Source of the DNA: an uncultured Nitrospiraceae bacterium
GTDB taxonomy: Bacteria > Nitrospirota > Nitrospiria > Nitrospirales > Nitrospiraceae
Reading direction: 5' to 3'
Length of the DNA: 64,000 bases
Assembly (NCBI GenBank): GCA_963846575.1
Contig: CAWJWJ010000002.1
Coordinates: forward strand, 224,001-288,000
Part shown: one piece after another, positions 1-10,075 of the stretch
Layout of the letters: every line of letters begins with the position of its first letter
Position numbering within the stretch: position 1 is the first letter of the stretch
Made by a program: the position numbers and the translations under genes
The notes under the pieces: generated by a model
Told to the model about the DNA's origin: nothing
The model's input: only the letters and a program-made list of their open reading frames with translations
Database searches by the model: none

Positions 1-239
1 CTCGAGGTCCGCGCGTGGTCACGGAGCAGACCAAACAGGAAATGAAGAAGATTCTTGGAGAAATTCAGAGCGGCCAATTCGCGAAGGAGTGGGTGCTGGA
101 AAATCAGGCAAATCGGCCGGTCTATAATGCCTTGTTGAAAAAAGGCGAAGGCCATTCGATTGAGGACGTCGGCAGCCGACTACGGGCCATGATGCCCTGG
201 CTAAAAAAAGATCAGCTGGTCGACAAGAATAAAAACTAA
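1..239 (+). CDS. ilvC: Ketol-acid reductoisomerase, C-terminal part (truncated by window edge)
   Basis: [20 protein letters not shown]...[15 protein letters not shown] is the typical IlvC C-terminus; lies upstream of leu genes. Confidence 0.93.
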   Translation, partial: RGPRVVTEQTKQEMKKILGEIQSGQFAKEWVLENQANRPVYNALLKKGEGHSIEDVGSRLRAMMPWLKKDQLVDKNKN

Positions 240-289
240 CACCTGAGCAGGACTCTTCGTGATAGCATTTCAAAGGCGCCTGGAGGTGT

Positions 290-940
290 ATGGCTGATCG
301 AGCCGTTGGGATACCGATCGTAAAAGAGGGATGGCCGTTTGTCGGCAGTCTCGCAGCCGCTGCATTGCTATTCGGCGTGGCGGGTTGGATCATTCCCGCC
401 GGGGTGGTCGGCGGATTCACGTTGTTTACGGCCTGGTTCTTCAGAAATCCAGGACGCACGATCCCTCGGGACCTCAACGTGGTGGTGTCGCCGGGTGACG
501 GGAAAGTGATCGCGATCGAGGAAGAGTTTGAACCCCGCTACTTGAAGGAAAAAAGCATTCGACTGACTGTGTTTCTCAATGTGTTCGACGTGCATGTCAA
601 CCGTATGCCTTGTGCGGGAGTTGTGGAAAATATCAGTTATCAGCCTGGTCAGTTTCTGGTGGCCAGCAGGCCGGAGGCCACGCTTCGCAATGAACAGAAT
701 GCGGTGATGTTACAAGCCGAGTCCGGAGCCAAAGTGCTCTGCGTGCAGGTCGCGGGACTGATTGCCCGCCGGATCGTCTGTTGGGTCGGGCAGGGAGATC
801 GCGTCCTGCGTGGGGAGCGATTCGGACTGATTCGCTTCGGCTCGCGGATGGATACCTTTCTTCCGCTTGGCTCAAAAATATGCGTGGCAGTAGGTGACCG
901 GGTTAAGGGGGGAGAAACCATCGTGGGGGAACTCCGATGA
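290..940 (+). CDS. psd: Phosphatidylserine decarboxylase proenzyme (short type)
   Basis: FFRNP, SPGDGKV, FDVHVNR and self-cleavage motif RFGSRMD; overlaps pssA by ATGA. Confidence 0.93.
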   Translation: MADRAVGIPIVKEGWPFVGSLAAAALLFGVAGWIIPAGVVGGFTLFTAWFFRNPGRTIPRDLNVVVSPGDGKVIAIEEEFEPRYLKEKSIRLTVFLNVFDVHVNRMPCAGVVENISYQPGQFLVASRPEATLRNEQNAVMLQAESGAKVLCVQVAGLIARRIVCWVGQGDRVLRGERFGLIRFGSRMDTFLPLGSKICVAVGDRVKGGETIVGELR

Positions 941-1737
941 AATCATCAGCTATGCGAGCGCCATTCAACAAGGGGCATCGGAAGCGGCAAGCGATGTATC
1001 TGATTCCTAATCTCTGCACCACGGGCAATTTATTTTGCGGTGTTTTTGCCATCTTGTCGGTGTTTAACGGCCAGCATCTGGCCGCCGCGATCGCGATTCT
1101 GGTTGGCATGATCTTCGACATGTTAGACGGAAAGTTAGCTCGCCTGACGAATAGTACCGGCCAATTCGGGATCGAATATGATTCGCTCTCCGATGTCGTG
1201 TCATTCGGTGTCGCCCCTGGTGTTCTTATCTACTCCTATGCCTTGAGTGGCCAGGGGATGTTCGGAGTGGCAGTCATGTTTGCGTATGTGGCCATGGGAG
1301 CGGTGCGTCTCGCTCGATTCAATGCCACGGTCAGCACTTCGGACAGCAAGTATTTCACAGGCTTGGCTATTCCCGCAGCAGCCGGTGTTATTGCCTCGCT
1401 GGTGATTTTCGATCTCCACATCACCCAGATGGGCGCCGAGCTAAAGCCGGTTTTGATTCTGGTGATTACATTCTCACTTGCGTTTTTGATGGTGAGCACG
1501 ATCAAGTATCGGAGCTTCAAGGACATGAAGTTCAGGCGGGGCGATCACTTCACCTACCTGGTATGGGGCATTCTTGCCCTTATGTTGATTGTGGCCTGGC
1601 CGCAGGCTATGTTGTTTGTGACGTTCGCGGGTTACGCCTTGTCCGGCCCCGTTGCCCGGTTATGGACGGTGATGGCCAAGAGCACCGGAAAGCAGGCCGT
1701 GAAGCCTGAGACGCCGATTCTTGATACGAGAGAGTAG
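937..1737 (+). CDS. pssA: CDP-diacylglycerol-serine O-phosphatidyltransferase
   Basis: CDP-alcohol phosphotransferase motif DMLDGKLARLTNSTGQFGIEYDSLSD; RLARFN. Confidence 0.93.
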   Translation: MKSSAMRAPFNKGHRKRQAMYLIPNLCTTGNLFCGVFAILSVFNGQHLAAAIAILVGMIFDMLDGKLARLTNSTGQFGIEYDSLSDVVSFGVAPGVLIYSYALSGQGMFGVAVMFAYVAMGAVRLARFNATVSTSDSKYFTGLAIPAAAGVIASLVIFDLHITQMGAELKPVLILVITFSLAFLMVSTIKYRSFKDMKFRRGDHFTYLVWGILALMLIVAWPQAMLFVTFAGYALSGPVARLWTVMAKSTGKQAVKPETPILDTRE

Positions 1738-1740
1738 GAA

Positions 1741-1995
1741 AGGCTGTGATGAGGAGTAGTAGGCGGAACTCACCGAATCGAGAGAGCTGGTGGATGGTGC
1801 AAACCAGCCGGTGAGCTGCCGAACTCGCCTCTGAGCTGGACTTGTGAAGCCACGGTGGCGGTAGTAAGTCCCGAGTGGTCCACGTCACGGACGGAATTGA
1901 GGGCGGTCGGGTGGTATGGTCCATCCGCTGCTGAATCAGGGTGGTACCACGAAGTTCGCAAGGCCTTCGTCCCTGTCCAGGGCGGAGGCTTTTTT
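1741..1995 (+). ncRNA. T-box riboswitch (Leu specifier) upstream of leuA
   Basis: Stem I elements GCTGTGATGAGGAGTAGT, AGAGAGCTG...GGTGCAAACCAGC; specifier loop GAA-CTC (1821-1826, CUC=Leu); T-box AATCAGGGTGGTACCACG (1934-1951); antiterminator AGGG-TGGTACC-ACGAAG pairing with CTTCGT-CCCT; overlapping terminator. Confidence 0.92.
1963..1995 (+). terminator. Intrinsic terminator (attenuator) of the T-box leader
   Basis: GCCTTCGTCCCTG / CAGGGCGGAGGC stem followed by TTTTTT; mutually exclusive with the antiterminator. Confidence 0.88.
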
Positions 1996-2000
1996 ATTTG

Positions 2001-2125
2001 TAGAATGCTGAAACAGGTGTCCGGCGGCGTTCTCGGCGAGGAAACAGCCTCGACGTACCACATGGGTACGCTTTCGTTGAAGCCTTCGCCTGCGGCTTTG
2101 CCAGGTGACCCGTATGAGCGTTCTG
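2001..2125. repeat. Degenerate palindromic ~125-bp interspersed element (MITE/REP-like)
   Basis: Imperfect terminal inverted repeats TAGAATGCTGA...TGAGCGTTCTG and internal CGTACC-ACAT-GGGTACG. Resembles from memory an abundant Nitrospira repeat; only one copy seen in this window. Confidence 0.5.
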
Positions 2126-2157
2126 TCAAGTGCTGCTAATCGAACAGGAGGTACGCC

Positions 2158-3705
2158 ATGACCAGGATGATCAGAATATTCGACACGACGTTGCGGGATG
2201 GCGAACAATCGCCGGGGGCGAGCATGAACGTCGAAGAGAAACTTATGATCGCCAAGCAACTGGCCCGCCTCGGCGTGGATATCATTGAAGCTGGGTTTGC
2301 CTTCAGCTCGCCGGGAGACTTTGAGGCGGTGCGTCGAATCGCGCAGGAAGTGGAAGGGCCGGTAGTCTGCAGCCTTGCCCGGGCGAGACCAGAAGATATT
2401 AAGAGGGCTCACGAAGCGCTTCAGGGCGCTCCAAAGGTCCGGATCCATACATTCCTTTCTACCTCAGATATCCACCTCAAGCATCAGTTTCGCATGACGC
2501 GGGAAGAGGCGAAGCGACGTGCGGTGGAAATGGTGCAATTGGCGCGTACCTATGTTGACGATGTGGAATTTTCTCCCATGGATGCGAGCCGATCCGATCC
2601 GGAGTACCTGTGCGAGGTAATCGAAGCAGTTATTGCGGCAGGTGCTGGAACGGTCAATATTCCCGACACCGTGGGCTACGCTAACCCACAGGAATTTGGT
2701 GGCCTCATCAAGCGAATCAAGGACAGGGTGCCGAACAGCGGGCAGGCGGTGATTTCCGTCCATTGTCACAATGATTTGGGATTGGCGGTCGCCAATAGCC
2801 TCGCCGCGGTCATGGCGGGGGCGGGCCAGGTGGAATGTACGATCAATGGCATTGGCGAGCGCGCTGGCAACACCTCCCTCGAGGAGGTGGTGATGGGGCT
2901 CCGAACGCGCAAGGACTGGTACGGCGCCGATACCGAGGTCGCGACCGAAGAGATTTCAAAAACGAGCCGCTTGGTCAGCAAGATCACCGGCATGGTGATT
3001 CAGCCGAACAAGGCGATTGTCGGCGCGAATGCGTTTGCACATACCTCCGGGATTCACCAGGACGGACTGCTGAAGGACAAGACGACGTACGAGATCATGC
3101 GGCCGGAATCCATTGGACTCGAGCAGAATAAGTTGGTAATGGGGAAGTTGTCCGGTCGCCATGCGTTTCGTCAACGATTGGACGATCTGGGTTACAAATT
3201 AACCGAAGAAGAGGTCAATCACGCCTTTGAGCGATTCAAACGCCTGGCTGACCAGAAAAAAGAGATTTACGAAGAAGACCTCGAAGTCATCGTGTCTGAA
3301 GAAGTGGCCAAAATGTCCGAACGAATGGTGTTGAGATCGTTTGAAGTTGAAAGTGGCACCAACAAGATTCCCAAAGCCACGGTAGTTCTTGAAATCGATG
3401 GCAGGTCGATGACCGGCAGCGGGACAGGTGACGGCCCGGTGGATGCGGTTTATCGGACCATCGCTGCCATGACGCAGACGAAAAGCAAACTCCTGATGTT
3501 CGGGGTCAATGCTATTACCGGTGGCACGGATGCCCAAGGAGAGGTGTCTGTGCGACTGGAGGAAGACGGCCGGACGGTGTCGGGTCATGGGTCTGATACG
3601 GACATCATTACCGCTTCGGCACGAGCCTACCTGAATGCCCTCAATAAGCTGGCCTATTTCGCCTCCAAACAAGCGGAGGGGATTCAGAAGGTCAGCTTGA
3701 TTTGA
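2158..3705 (+). CDS. leuA: 2-isopropylmalate synthase
   Basis: [39 protein letters not shown]-terminal regulatory domain GDGPVDA; SD AGGAGG. Confidence 0.97.
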   Translation: MTRMIRIFDTTLRDGEQSPGASMNVEEKLMIAKQLARLGVDIIEAGFAFSSPGDFEAVRRIAQEVEGPVVCSLARARPEDIKRAHEALQGAPKVRIHTFLSTSDIHLKHQFRMTREEAKRRAVEMVQLARTYVDDVEFSPMDASRSDPEYLCEVIEAVIAAGAGTVNIPDTVGYANPQEFGGLIKRIKDRVPNSGQAVISVHCHNDLGLAVANSLAAVMAGAGQVECTINGIGERAGNTSLEEVVMGLRTRKDWYGADTEVATEEISKTSRLVSKITGMVIQPNKAIVGANAFAHTSGIHQDGLLKDKTTYEIMRPESIGLEQNKLVMGKLSGRHAFRQRLDDLGYKLTEEEVNHAFERFKRLADQKKEIYEEDLEVIVSEEVAKMSERMVLRSFEVESGTNKIPKATVVLEIDGRSMTGSGTGDGPVDAVYRTIAAMTQTKSKLLMFGVNAITGGTDAQGEVSVRLEEDGRTVSGHGSDTDIITASARAYLNALNKLAYFASKQAEGIQKVSLI

Positions 3706-3830
3706 TCTCCACCACCAAGGTAGATTCCTCAGTCCTGGCACGGCGCATCCCGGCGGGCCAGGACTAGTCGAAGTTTCCCGATGTCGCCCATTCGAAGGTC
3801 TCCGTGCGTGAGACAAGGCATCATGGCGTC

Positions 3831-4193
3831 ATGCTGAGTACGCATCTCAATCAATGCCCTGAGTTTGTGGCGGGTGACCAGACGAGGTTGCGCGAACTGC
3901 TGCATCCTGCGAAGGCATCCCTTGCACTAGGCTACAGCCTGGCGCACGGATTTCTGGATCCTGGCGAGCAGTCACATTGGCACCGCTTGAAGTCCTCGGA
4001 GGTCTACTATTTCATTGCCGGATCCGGCGTGATGAGGATCGAGACAGAAGCTGTGGCCGTCGAGGCAGGATCAGTCATTTATGTGCCGCCTGGCGCCAAA
4101 CAATCGCTGCAGAATAACGGTCCAGATCCGATTGAGTTCCTGTGTCTGGTCGATCCGGCCTGGAGGCTGGAGGATGAGGTCATCGTTGAATAG
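3831..4193 (+). CDS. Cupin-domain protein
   Basis: Cupin motifs HWHRLKSSEVYYFIAGSG and GSVIYVPPGAKQSLQN; ATG 3831 chosen over GTG 3804. Confidence 0.8.
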   Translation: MLSTHLNQCPEFVAGDQTRLRELLHPAKASLALGYSLAHGFLDPGEQSHWHRLKSSEVYYFIAGSGVMRIETEAVAVEAGSVIYVPPGAKQSLQNNGPDPIEFLCLVDPAWRLEDEVIVE

Positions 4194-4211
4194 TCGAGAG
4201 GAGATGGACAG

Positions 4212-5288
4212 GTGAAAGCGAGAATCGCAGTCTTGGCCGGAGACGGCGTCGGTCGTGAAATTGTCCCAGAGGCCGTGAAGGTTTTGAAAACGGTGGCCGA
4301 GCGTTACGGCCATACGTTCGAATTTCTCGCCGGCGATGTCGGGGGTCATGCCCTCGATAAGGTCGGGGTGCCATTGCCGCAGGAGACGTTATCAATAGCC
4401 AAACAGAGCGATGCCGTTCTGCTAGGCGCGGTGGGTGGCCCCAAATGGGAAGGCTTGGAGTACAGTCTTCGCCCCGAGCGGGCACTACTGGGTTTGCGGG
4501 AACAACTTGGACTCTACGCGAATCTGCGACCGGCGAAACTCTATCCTATGCTCGCCGATGCCTCCACGCTACGCCGCGAGGTCATCGAGGGAATCGACAT
4601 CCTCGTGATCCGAGAACTGACCGGAGGGATATATTTCGGCAAGCCGAAGGGCATCGAAAAATTGGCCGGCGGAGGAGAACGCGGGTTCAATACCGAAGTC
4701 TATACGACGGATGAGATCCGTCGTATCGCCGTGGTGGCGTTCGATGCGGCACGTAAGCGTCGGAAGAAGGTCACTTCTGTGGATAAGGCCAATGTGCTGG
4801 AGTCGTCCGAATTGTGGCGCCGGGTGGTGACGGACGTGCAGAAAGACTATACGGACGTGGCCCTGAGCCACATCTATGTAGATAATTGCGCCATGCAACT
4901 GGTGCGTAATCCAAGGCAATTCGACGTCCTGCTGTGCAACAACATCTTCGGTGATATTTTGAGCGACGAAGCGGCCATGCTCACCGGTTCGATCGGTATG
5001 CTGCCATCCGCGAGCATTGGCGCGAAGGTAGGACTCTTCGAACCGATTCACGGTAGTGCGCCGGATATCGCGGGAAAAAATATCGCCAATCCGATTGCGA
5101 CGATTGCTTCAGCGGCGATGATGTTGTCCTACGCCTTCGGTCTTGAAAAAGAGGCGGACGCGATTGAACAGGCGATTGTTCAAGCGCTCGAACAAGGTCT
5201 TCGCACGAAGGACATTCATGCCGAGGGCATGCGACAGGTCAGCACTACGGAGATGGGCGATGCCATTGTGCGCAATCTGGCCCTGTGA
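4212..5288 (+). CDS. leuB: 3-isopropylmalate dehydrogenase
   Basis: [57 protein letters not shown]. Confidence 0.97.
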   Translation: MKARIAVLAGDGVGREIVPEAVKVLKTVAERYGHTFEFLAGDVGGHALDKVGVPLPQETLSIAKQSDAVLLGAVGGPKWEGLEYSLRPERALLGLREQLGLYANLRPAKLYPMLADASTLRREVIEGIDILVIRELTGGIYFGKPKGIEKLAGGGERGFNTEVYTTDEIRRIAVVAFDAARKRRKKVTSVDKANVLESSELWRRVVTDVQKDYTDVALSHIYVDNCAMQLVRNPRQFDVLLCNNIFGDILSDEAAMLTGSIGMLPSASIGAKVGLFEPIHGSAPDIAGKNIANPIATIASAAMMLSYAFGLEKEADAIEQAIVQALEQGLRTKDIHAEGMRQVSTTEMGDAIVRNLAL

Positions 5289-5294
5289 GTCACG

Positions 5295-6506
5295 ATGACA
5301 GGCGCGACGCAATCCGGGATGATTGGAACGGTGGCGGGCAACGGGGAGCCGGGGTACGCGGGAGATGGCGGGCCGGCCGCGGCGGCGTCGTTGAACGAGC
5401 CAAAAGGTCTCTGCGTCGACCGCGAGGGTAATCTATACATCGCGGATTCCGAAAACCATGTCGTGCGGCGCGTTGATCGGATGACGGGCGTCATCACGAC
5501 TGTGGCCGGCAGGATGGCTGGGAACAGGGTTGATCCGGCTCCATCGCGATCCGCAGCAGAAATGTCGTCAGCCGAGGATGATGATCCATTCGCCGACGCG
5601 TCGACTGACGCCACCAAGGCCTATACACAAGTCACCGATGTGAGCGGAACGGTGCGGTATGTGACTGGGGGACGGCTCACCGTTCAGCAGGATTCCGGAG
5701 ATGGTGGTCCTGCGCGTCAGGCACGGTTGAATTTTCCGAGCGCTCTGGCCGTCGATCGATCGGGGAACCTGTATGTGGCAGATACCATGAATCATCGGGT
5801 CAGAAAGGTCGAGGCGTCCACCGGTGTAATCACGACTGTGGCGGGGACAGGGCAGGCGCGTTATTCCGGAGACGGTGGCCCGGCGGCCCTTGCGGCACTC
5901 AATGAACCGACCGGCCTGGCAGTCAGTGAGGACGCGTTATACATTGCCGATCAAAGCAACAATCGAGTGCGTCGAGTGGAACTATCCACAGGGGTCATCA
6001 CGACCGTGGCTGGGGATGGAGCGGCTGCCTACAGTGGCGACGCAGTGTCTGCCGTGCAGGCCAGTCTCTCGGGACCTACTGGGGTGGCCGTATCGGAAGA
6101 GGGGCGGTTATACGTGGCGGACACCTTCAACAGCCGTATACGATCCGTGGATGCAACCACCGGGCTCATTACGACCGAGGTGGGAGATGGAGGAATGTAT
6201 CGTTATCAGGGGCCGGATGAGCCTAACTCGCTGAGTCTCTCCAGGCCTGCGGCGATCGCGGTGGGTCACGACGGGAAACTGTATTTGACCGATTCGGATA
6301 GCCACTTGATTCGGGTGTGGGATCCTCAGACGAAGACCGTGACCCGCGTCGCCGGGACGGGGGTGGCGCAATTTGGTGGAGACGGTGGGGAGGCCCTGTC
6401 GGCTAGTCTGAACTATCCGTTTGGCGTGGCAGTCGATTCGGCCGGAACCATTTATATCGCAGATACCTTTAACCACCGTATTAGAGTTTTGAGCGCAATC
6501 AGATGA
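5295..6506 (+). CDS. NHL-repeat beta-propeller protein
   Basis: About six repeats of GDGGPA..A.LN.P.G.AVD..G.LYIAD..NHRVR.VD..TG.ITTVAG; no signal peptide. Confidence 0.88.
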   Translation: MTGATQSGMIGTVAGNGEPGYAGDGGPAAAASLNEPKGLCVDREGNLYIADSENHVVRRVDRMTGVITTVAGRMAGNRVDPAPSRSAAEMSSAEDDDPFADASTDATKAYTQVTDVSGTVRYVTGGRLTVQQDSGDGGPARQARLNFPSALAVDRSGNLYVADTMNHRVRKVEASTGVITTVAGTGQARYSGDGGPAALAALNEPTGLAVSEDALYIADQSNNRVRRVELSTGVITTVAGDGAAAYSGDAVSAVQASLSGPTGVAVSEEGRLYVADTFNSRIRSVDATTGLITTEVGDGGMYRYQGPDEPNSLSLSRPAAIAVGHDGKLYLTDSDSHLIRVWDPQTKTVTRVAGTGVAQFGGDGGEALSASLNYPFGVAVDSAGTIYIADTFNHRIRVLSAIR

Positions 6507-6516
6507 GGACGGCATC

Positions 6517-7536
6517 ATGTTGAAGAAGAAAAAGACCTATACGGTGGCGGTGCTGGGCGCCACTGGGGCCGTCGGGAAAGAAAGCCTCGAGATCCTGGAG
6601 GAACGCAACTTTCCCCTGGAGACGCTACGCCTGTTCTCATCCAAACGGTCGGCGGGGGAGGTCTTGTCCTGTCAGGGGAAAGAGTACAAGGTCGAGGAGT
6701 TGACGGAATCGTCCTCCTTTGCCGGTGTGGACATCGCCTTTGTGTCCGCGACGGATGCCATCAGCCGGGACTATGGCGCCCGGTTGGGTGCGGCGGGCGT
6801 CGTTGTCATCGACGACAGCGCGGTGTTCCGCATGGACGGGGATGTCCCGCTCGTGGTGCCCGAGGTCAATGCGTCCGCTCTGCGATCGATGAAGCGCGGT
6901 ATTGTGGCCATTCCCAATTGCACAACGACTCCCCTCGTCATGGCGCTCAAACCGCTTCGCGACGCCGCCGGCATCAAGCGGGTCGTGGTGACGACCTTTC
7001 AGTCGGTTTCCGGAACAGGCTCTGCAGCCATGGATGAACTGGTCGACCAGACGAAGGCACTGATCTCCTTCCAGGATGTGAAAGTCCAGGTGTATCCGTA
7101 TCAAATCGCGTTCAATCTCCTCCCCGCTGTCGGGTCGTTCGGTGAGGGTGGCGACTGCTCGGAAGAGGTCAAGATCGTGCGGGAGACTCGAAAGATCCTC
7201 GACATGCCCTCTCTGCGCGTGACTGCAACGACGGTGCGGGTGCCTGTGTTGCGATGTCATTCCGAGGCCGTCAATGTGGAACTTGAACGGCCCTTGAAGG
7301 TGAATGATGCGCGCGCAGCCCTCGCGGAGATGCCGGGGGTCATTGTGTATGACGATCCGCTGAAAAAGCTCTATCCCATGCCGTTTGATGTGTCAGGCAA
7401 GGACGAGGTGTATGTCGGGCGTATTCGCGAGGATGAATCCATCACCAATGGTTTGAATATGTGGGTGGTGAGCGACAACCTCCGTAAGGGTGCCGCTCTC
7501 AATGCCGTTCAAATTGCCGAATGTCTGATACAATGA
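6517..7536 (+). CDS. asd: Aspartate-semialdehyde dehydrogenase
   Basis: GATGAVG, VPLVVPEVN, catalytic PNCTT, QSVSGTG, RVPVLRCHSE, DNLRKGAALNAVQIAE. Confidence 0.97.
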   Translation: MLKKKKTYTVAVLGATGAVGKESLEILEERNFPLETLRLFSSKRSAGEVLSCQGKEYKVEELTESSSFAGVDIAFVSATDAISRDYGARLGAAGVVVIDDSAVFRMDGDVPLVVPEVNASALRSMKRGIVAIPNCTTTPLVMALKPLRDAAGIKRVVVTTFQSVSGTGSAAMDELVDQTKALISFQDVKVQVYPYQIAFNLLPAVGSFGEGGDCSEEVKIVRETRKILDMPSLRVTATTVRVPVLRCHSEAVNVELERPLKVNDARAALAEMPGVIVYDDPLKKLYPMPFDVSGKDEVYVGRIREDESITNGLNMWVVSDNLRKGAALNAVQIAECLIQ

Positions 7537-7539
7537 ACG

Positions 7540-7794
7540 ATGGGTCTGTGGAGCGGTGCGGGACGATGGTTGATCCTGGTTGGACTGAGCCTGGCCGCGA
7601 TCGGAGTGCTCCTGGCGCTGGCAGAGAAATGGCCTAGTGTCGGGTCCGCGTTCAATTGGGTTGGTAAATTGCCCGGCGATCTTTCGATCAAGCGCGATGG
7701 ATTCAGCATCTATGTCCCGATCGCAACGAGTCTGGTATTCAGTCTTCTCTTGAGCCTTGTGTTCTATGTTCTCTCATGGCTCTTTCGCCGCTGA
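7540..7794 (+). CDS. Small membrane protein, DUF2905-like
   Basis: Two hydrophobic segments around GKLPGDLSIKRDGFSIYVPIATS. Confidence 0.8.
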   Translation: MGLWSGAGRWLILVGLSLAAIGVLLALAEKWPSVGSAFNWVGKLPGDLSIKRDGFSIYVPIATSLVFSLLLSLVFYVLSWLFRR

Positions 7795-9035
7795 TTCAAT
7801 ATAGAATCAAGATCTCGCCGATCATCGCGGGCGGCCTACTCCTGTGGTTTGCTTGCGCGCAGCCATCCTCCGCCGAAGTCATTCGGGTCTTGATGGCACA
7901 AGACGTTGTACTTTTAGAGGCGAGTTCCGACGGAAACCTGGCCATGGTGGATCAGGCCGGCGAGACGAAAATCTTGCGATCCCCGATTCGTATCTCAACA
8001 CGGGGAGAGAGATTGCAAGTCGACAGCCGGCGTGTAGCCGGGGAGCAGGTGCTGATCCGCCCTCTCAAGGGCACGCTTTCCCTGAGGATGGTTCAAGCCG
8101 GTGGGTCCGGTTCAGGGACTCGACCAATAAGATCGGGGCCGGGCGGTGTAGTGATTGCTCAGAGGCCCGCCCTCCCGATCAGCGGAGTCGTCCGAGTCTT
8201 GCGTAAGGGGCCTACGCTCTCCATTCTGAATCAGGTCGATCTGGAAGAATACGTGAAGGGCGTGGTTCCCTCAGAGGTGAGTTCCACCTGGCATCCGGAA
8301 ATGTTAAAGGTCCAGGCGGTGGCGGCGCGAACGTATGCACTGTATAACAAGATGCTGAGCCCGGCGCGTGAATATGATGTGGTGGCGACCATCCAAGACC
8401 AGGTCTATCGCGGACGTTCCGGTGTGGACCACCGAGTCGAGGAGGCTGTGGAGTCGACCAGAGGCATCGTGGTCACGCATCTGAAAGCACCCATCTATGC
8501 TGCGTTTTCGTCGACAGCGGCGGGCCCGACGGAAGATGCCGTGAATGTGTGGGCGAACAAGGATCTGCCTTATCTTAAAGGTGTCGAATGTCCGTTCGAT
8601 ATTGAGTCGCCCTACTATCAGTGGAAAGCCAGCGTGAAGATAGATCAACTTGAGCAGAACCTACGGCGCCAGGGATTTTCCGTCGGAACAATCGCGACCA
8701 TCACTCCCATCGTCTATAGCCGTGCGGGCCGCGTGGCGCGGCTCCGGATTTTGCACTCGACCGGCGAGACGGTGTTGCGAGGGGAAGATCTTCGGAAGGC
8801 CGTGGGCTATACCGTCATCCCGAGTACTCAGTTCGAGGTCGCATCGATCGGCGCCGAGGTAGTCTTTACCGGGTATGGCGCGGGCCATGCTGTGGGGCTC
8901 TGTCAATGGGGCGCGAAGGAGTTGGCGGAACTCGGGTATTCGTACAAGAGTATCCTTCAGTACTATTATCCGGGGACTGAGTTGCATAATTCGGCCCTTT
9001 CACAGTTGATGGCACCGGCCATTCCAGCCCCCTGA
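7776..9035 (+). CDS. SpoIID/LytB-family lytic transglycosylase
   Basis: LEEYVKGVVPSE, LKVQAVAARTYA, DQVYRG, GAGHAVGLCQWGA, ILQYYYPG; N-terminal signal-like segment. Confidence 0.9.
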   Translation: MALSPLIQYRIKISPIIAGGLLLWFACAQPSSAEVIRVLMAQDVVLLEASSDGNLAMVDQAGETKILRSPIRISTRGERLQVDSRRVAGEQVLIRPLKGTLSLRMVQAGGSGSGTRPIRSGPGGVVIAQRPALPISGVVRVLRKGPTLSILNQVDLEEYVKGVVPSEVSSTWHPEMLKVQAVAARTYALYNKMLSPAREYDVVATIQDQVYRGRSGVDHRVEEAVESTRGIVVTHLKAPIYAAFSSTAAGPTEDAVNVWANKDLPYLKGVECPFDIESPYYQWKASVKIDQLEQNLRRQGFSVGTIATITPIVYSRAGRVARLRILHSTGETVLRGEDLRKAVGYTVIPSTQFEVASIGAEVVFTGYGAGHAVGLCQWGAKELAELGYSYKSILQYYYPGTELHNSALSQLMAPAIPAP

Positions 9036-10075
9036 TGCTGCTGAGCGAATTCGATTTTCCTTTTGATCCTCTGTTGGTGGCCGATCAACCAGTCATGCCG
9101 CGGGATCGGGCGCGGATGCTGGTGGTGGATCGTGCAATCGGCGTGCGGGCCCATCGTCAGGTGGCTGATCTTCCCTCACTTCTGCAGGCGGGCGACCTCG
9201 TGGTGGTGAATGACACGAAGGTTATGCCGGCGCGAGTGCAGGCTCAAGTTCGGTCCACGGGAAAGCTTACTGATTTGCTCTTTGTTCAAGAACTCGGGCA
9301 GGGCCTCTGGGAAGTGCTCATCAAGGGACGCTTCAGGCTTGGCTCGATAGTGGAGTTCCCGGACGGCGGCGTGGGGGAGATTGTGGAACGCAGCCAGCTC
9401 CGAACGACGCTGAGGGTTACGGGCCCGGTCAGTGTATACGAACTCATGCAGGCAGCGGGCAGCATGCCACTGCCACCCTACATCAAGCGCCTCCCGACAC
9501 AGGATGATCGGCAATGGTACCAAACCATGTTCGCTCGACAGGAGGGGGCAATCGCCGCACCCACGGCTGGTCTGCATTTTACGCCGGAATTGGTGCAGGC
9601 ATTGAAGGGAAAGGGAGTTGAGTTGGCGCGAGTCACCTTGCACGTCGGTCCGGGCACGTTTCGAAGCGTGAAGAGTGAGCAGATCGAAGAGCACCGTATG
9701 TTGCCCGAACGGGTCGAGGTGTCCGCTCAGGCGGTGGACCAGATTTGCCGAACGCGGGAGCGTGGCAATCGTGTGGTGGCAATCGGAACGACCGTGGTGC
9801 GCGCCCTGGAAACGGCCGCACGAGGTGCAACGGGCATTCGTCCATTTCAGGGATCGGCTGAGTTGTTCATCACGCCCGGGTTTGAATTCCAGGTCATTGA
9901 CGCCCTCATGACGAATTTTCATCTGCCGCGCACCACGTTGTTAATGTTGGTGTCGGCCCTCGTGGGAGTAGCCCCTCTCCGCGCCGCATATGAGGAAGCG
10001 GTGGCGCAGCGCTATCGGTTTTATAGTTACGGTGATGCGATGCTGGTCGGGACAGGATGGGCAGGTACTACATAA
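9035..10075 (+). CDS. queA: S-adenosylmethionine:tRNA ribosyltransferase-isomerase
   Basis: VVNDTKVMPAR, MPLPPYIKR, AAPTAGLHFT, TLHVGPGTF, TNFHLPRTTL, YRFYSYGDAM. Confidence 0.97.
   Translation: MLLSEFDFPFDPLLVADQPVMPRDRARMLVVDRAIGVRAHRQVADLPSLLQAGDLVVVNDTKVMPARVQAQVRSTGKLTDLLFVQELGQGLWEVLIKGRFRLGSIVEFPDGGVGEIVERSQLRTTLRVTGPVSVYELMQAAGSMPLPPYIKRLPTQDDRQWYQTMFARQEGAIAAPTAGLHFTPELVQALKGKGVELARVTLHVGPGTFRSVKSEQIEEHRMLPERVEVSAQAVDQICRTRERGNRVVAIGTTVVRALETAARGATGIRPFQGSAELFITPGFEFQVIDALMTNFHLPRTTLLMLVSALVGVAPLRAAYEEAVAQRYRFYSYGDAMLVGTGWAGTT

Noticed and set aside
1855..2139. 94-aa ORF as a leader peptide
   Set aside because: Runs through the T-box and the repeat element; no Leu-codon run
3731..3765. 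9-bp hairpin after leuA as a terminator
   Set aside because: 17-nt loop and no U tract; at most an mRNA stabiliser
5295..6506. Repetitive DNA as a CRISPR or tandem array
   Set aside because: Degenerate in-frame NHL protein repeats; no repeat-spacer structure or cas genes seen in the window
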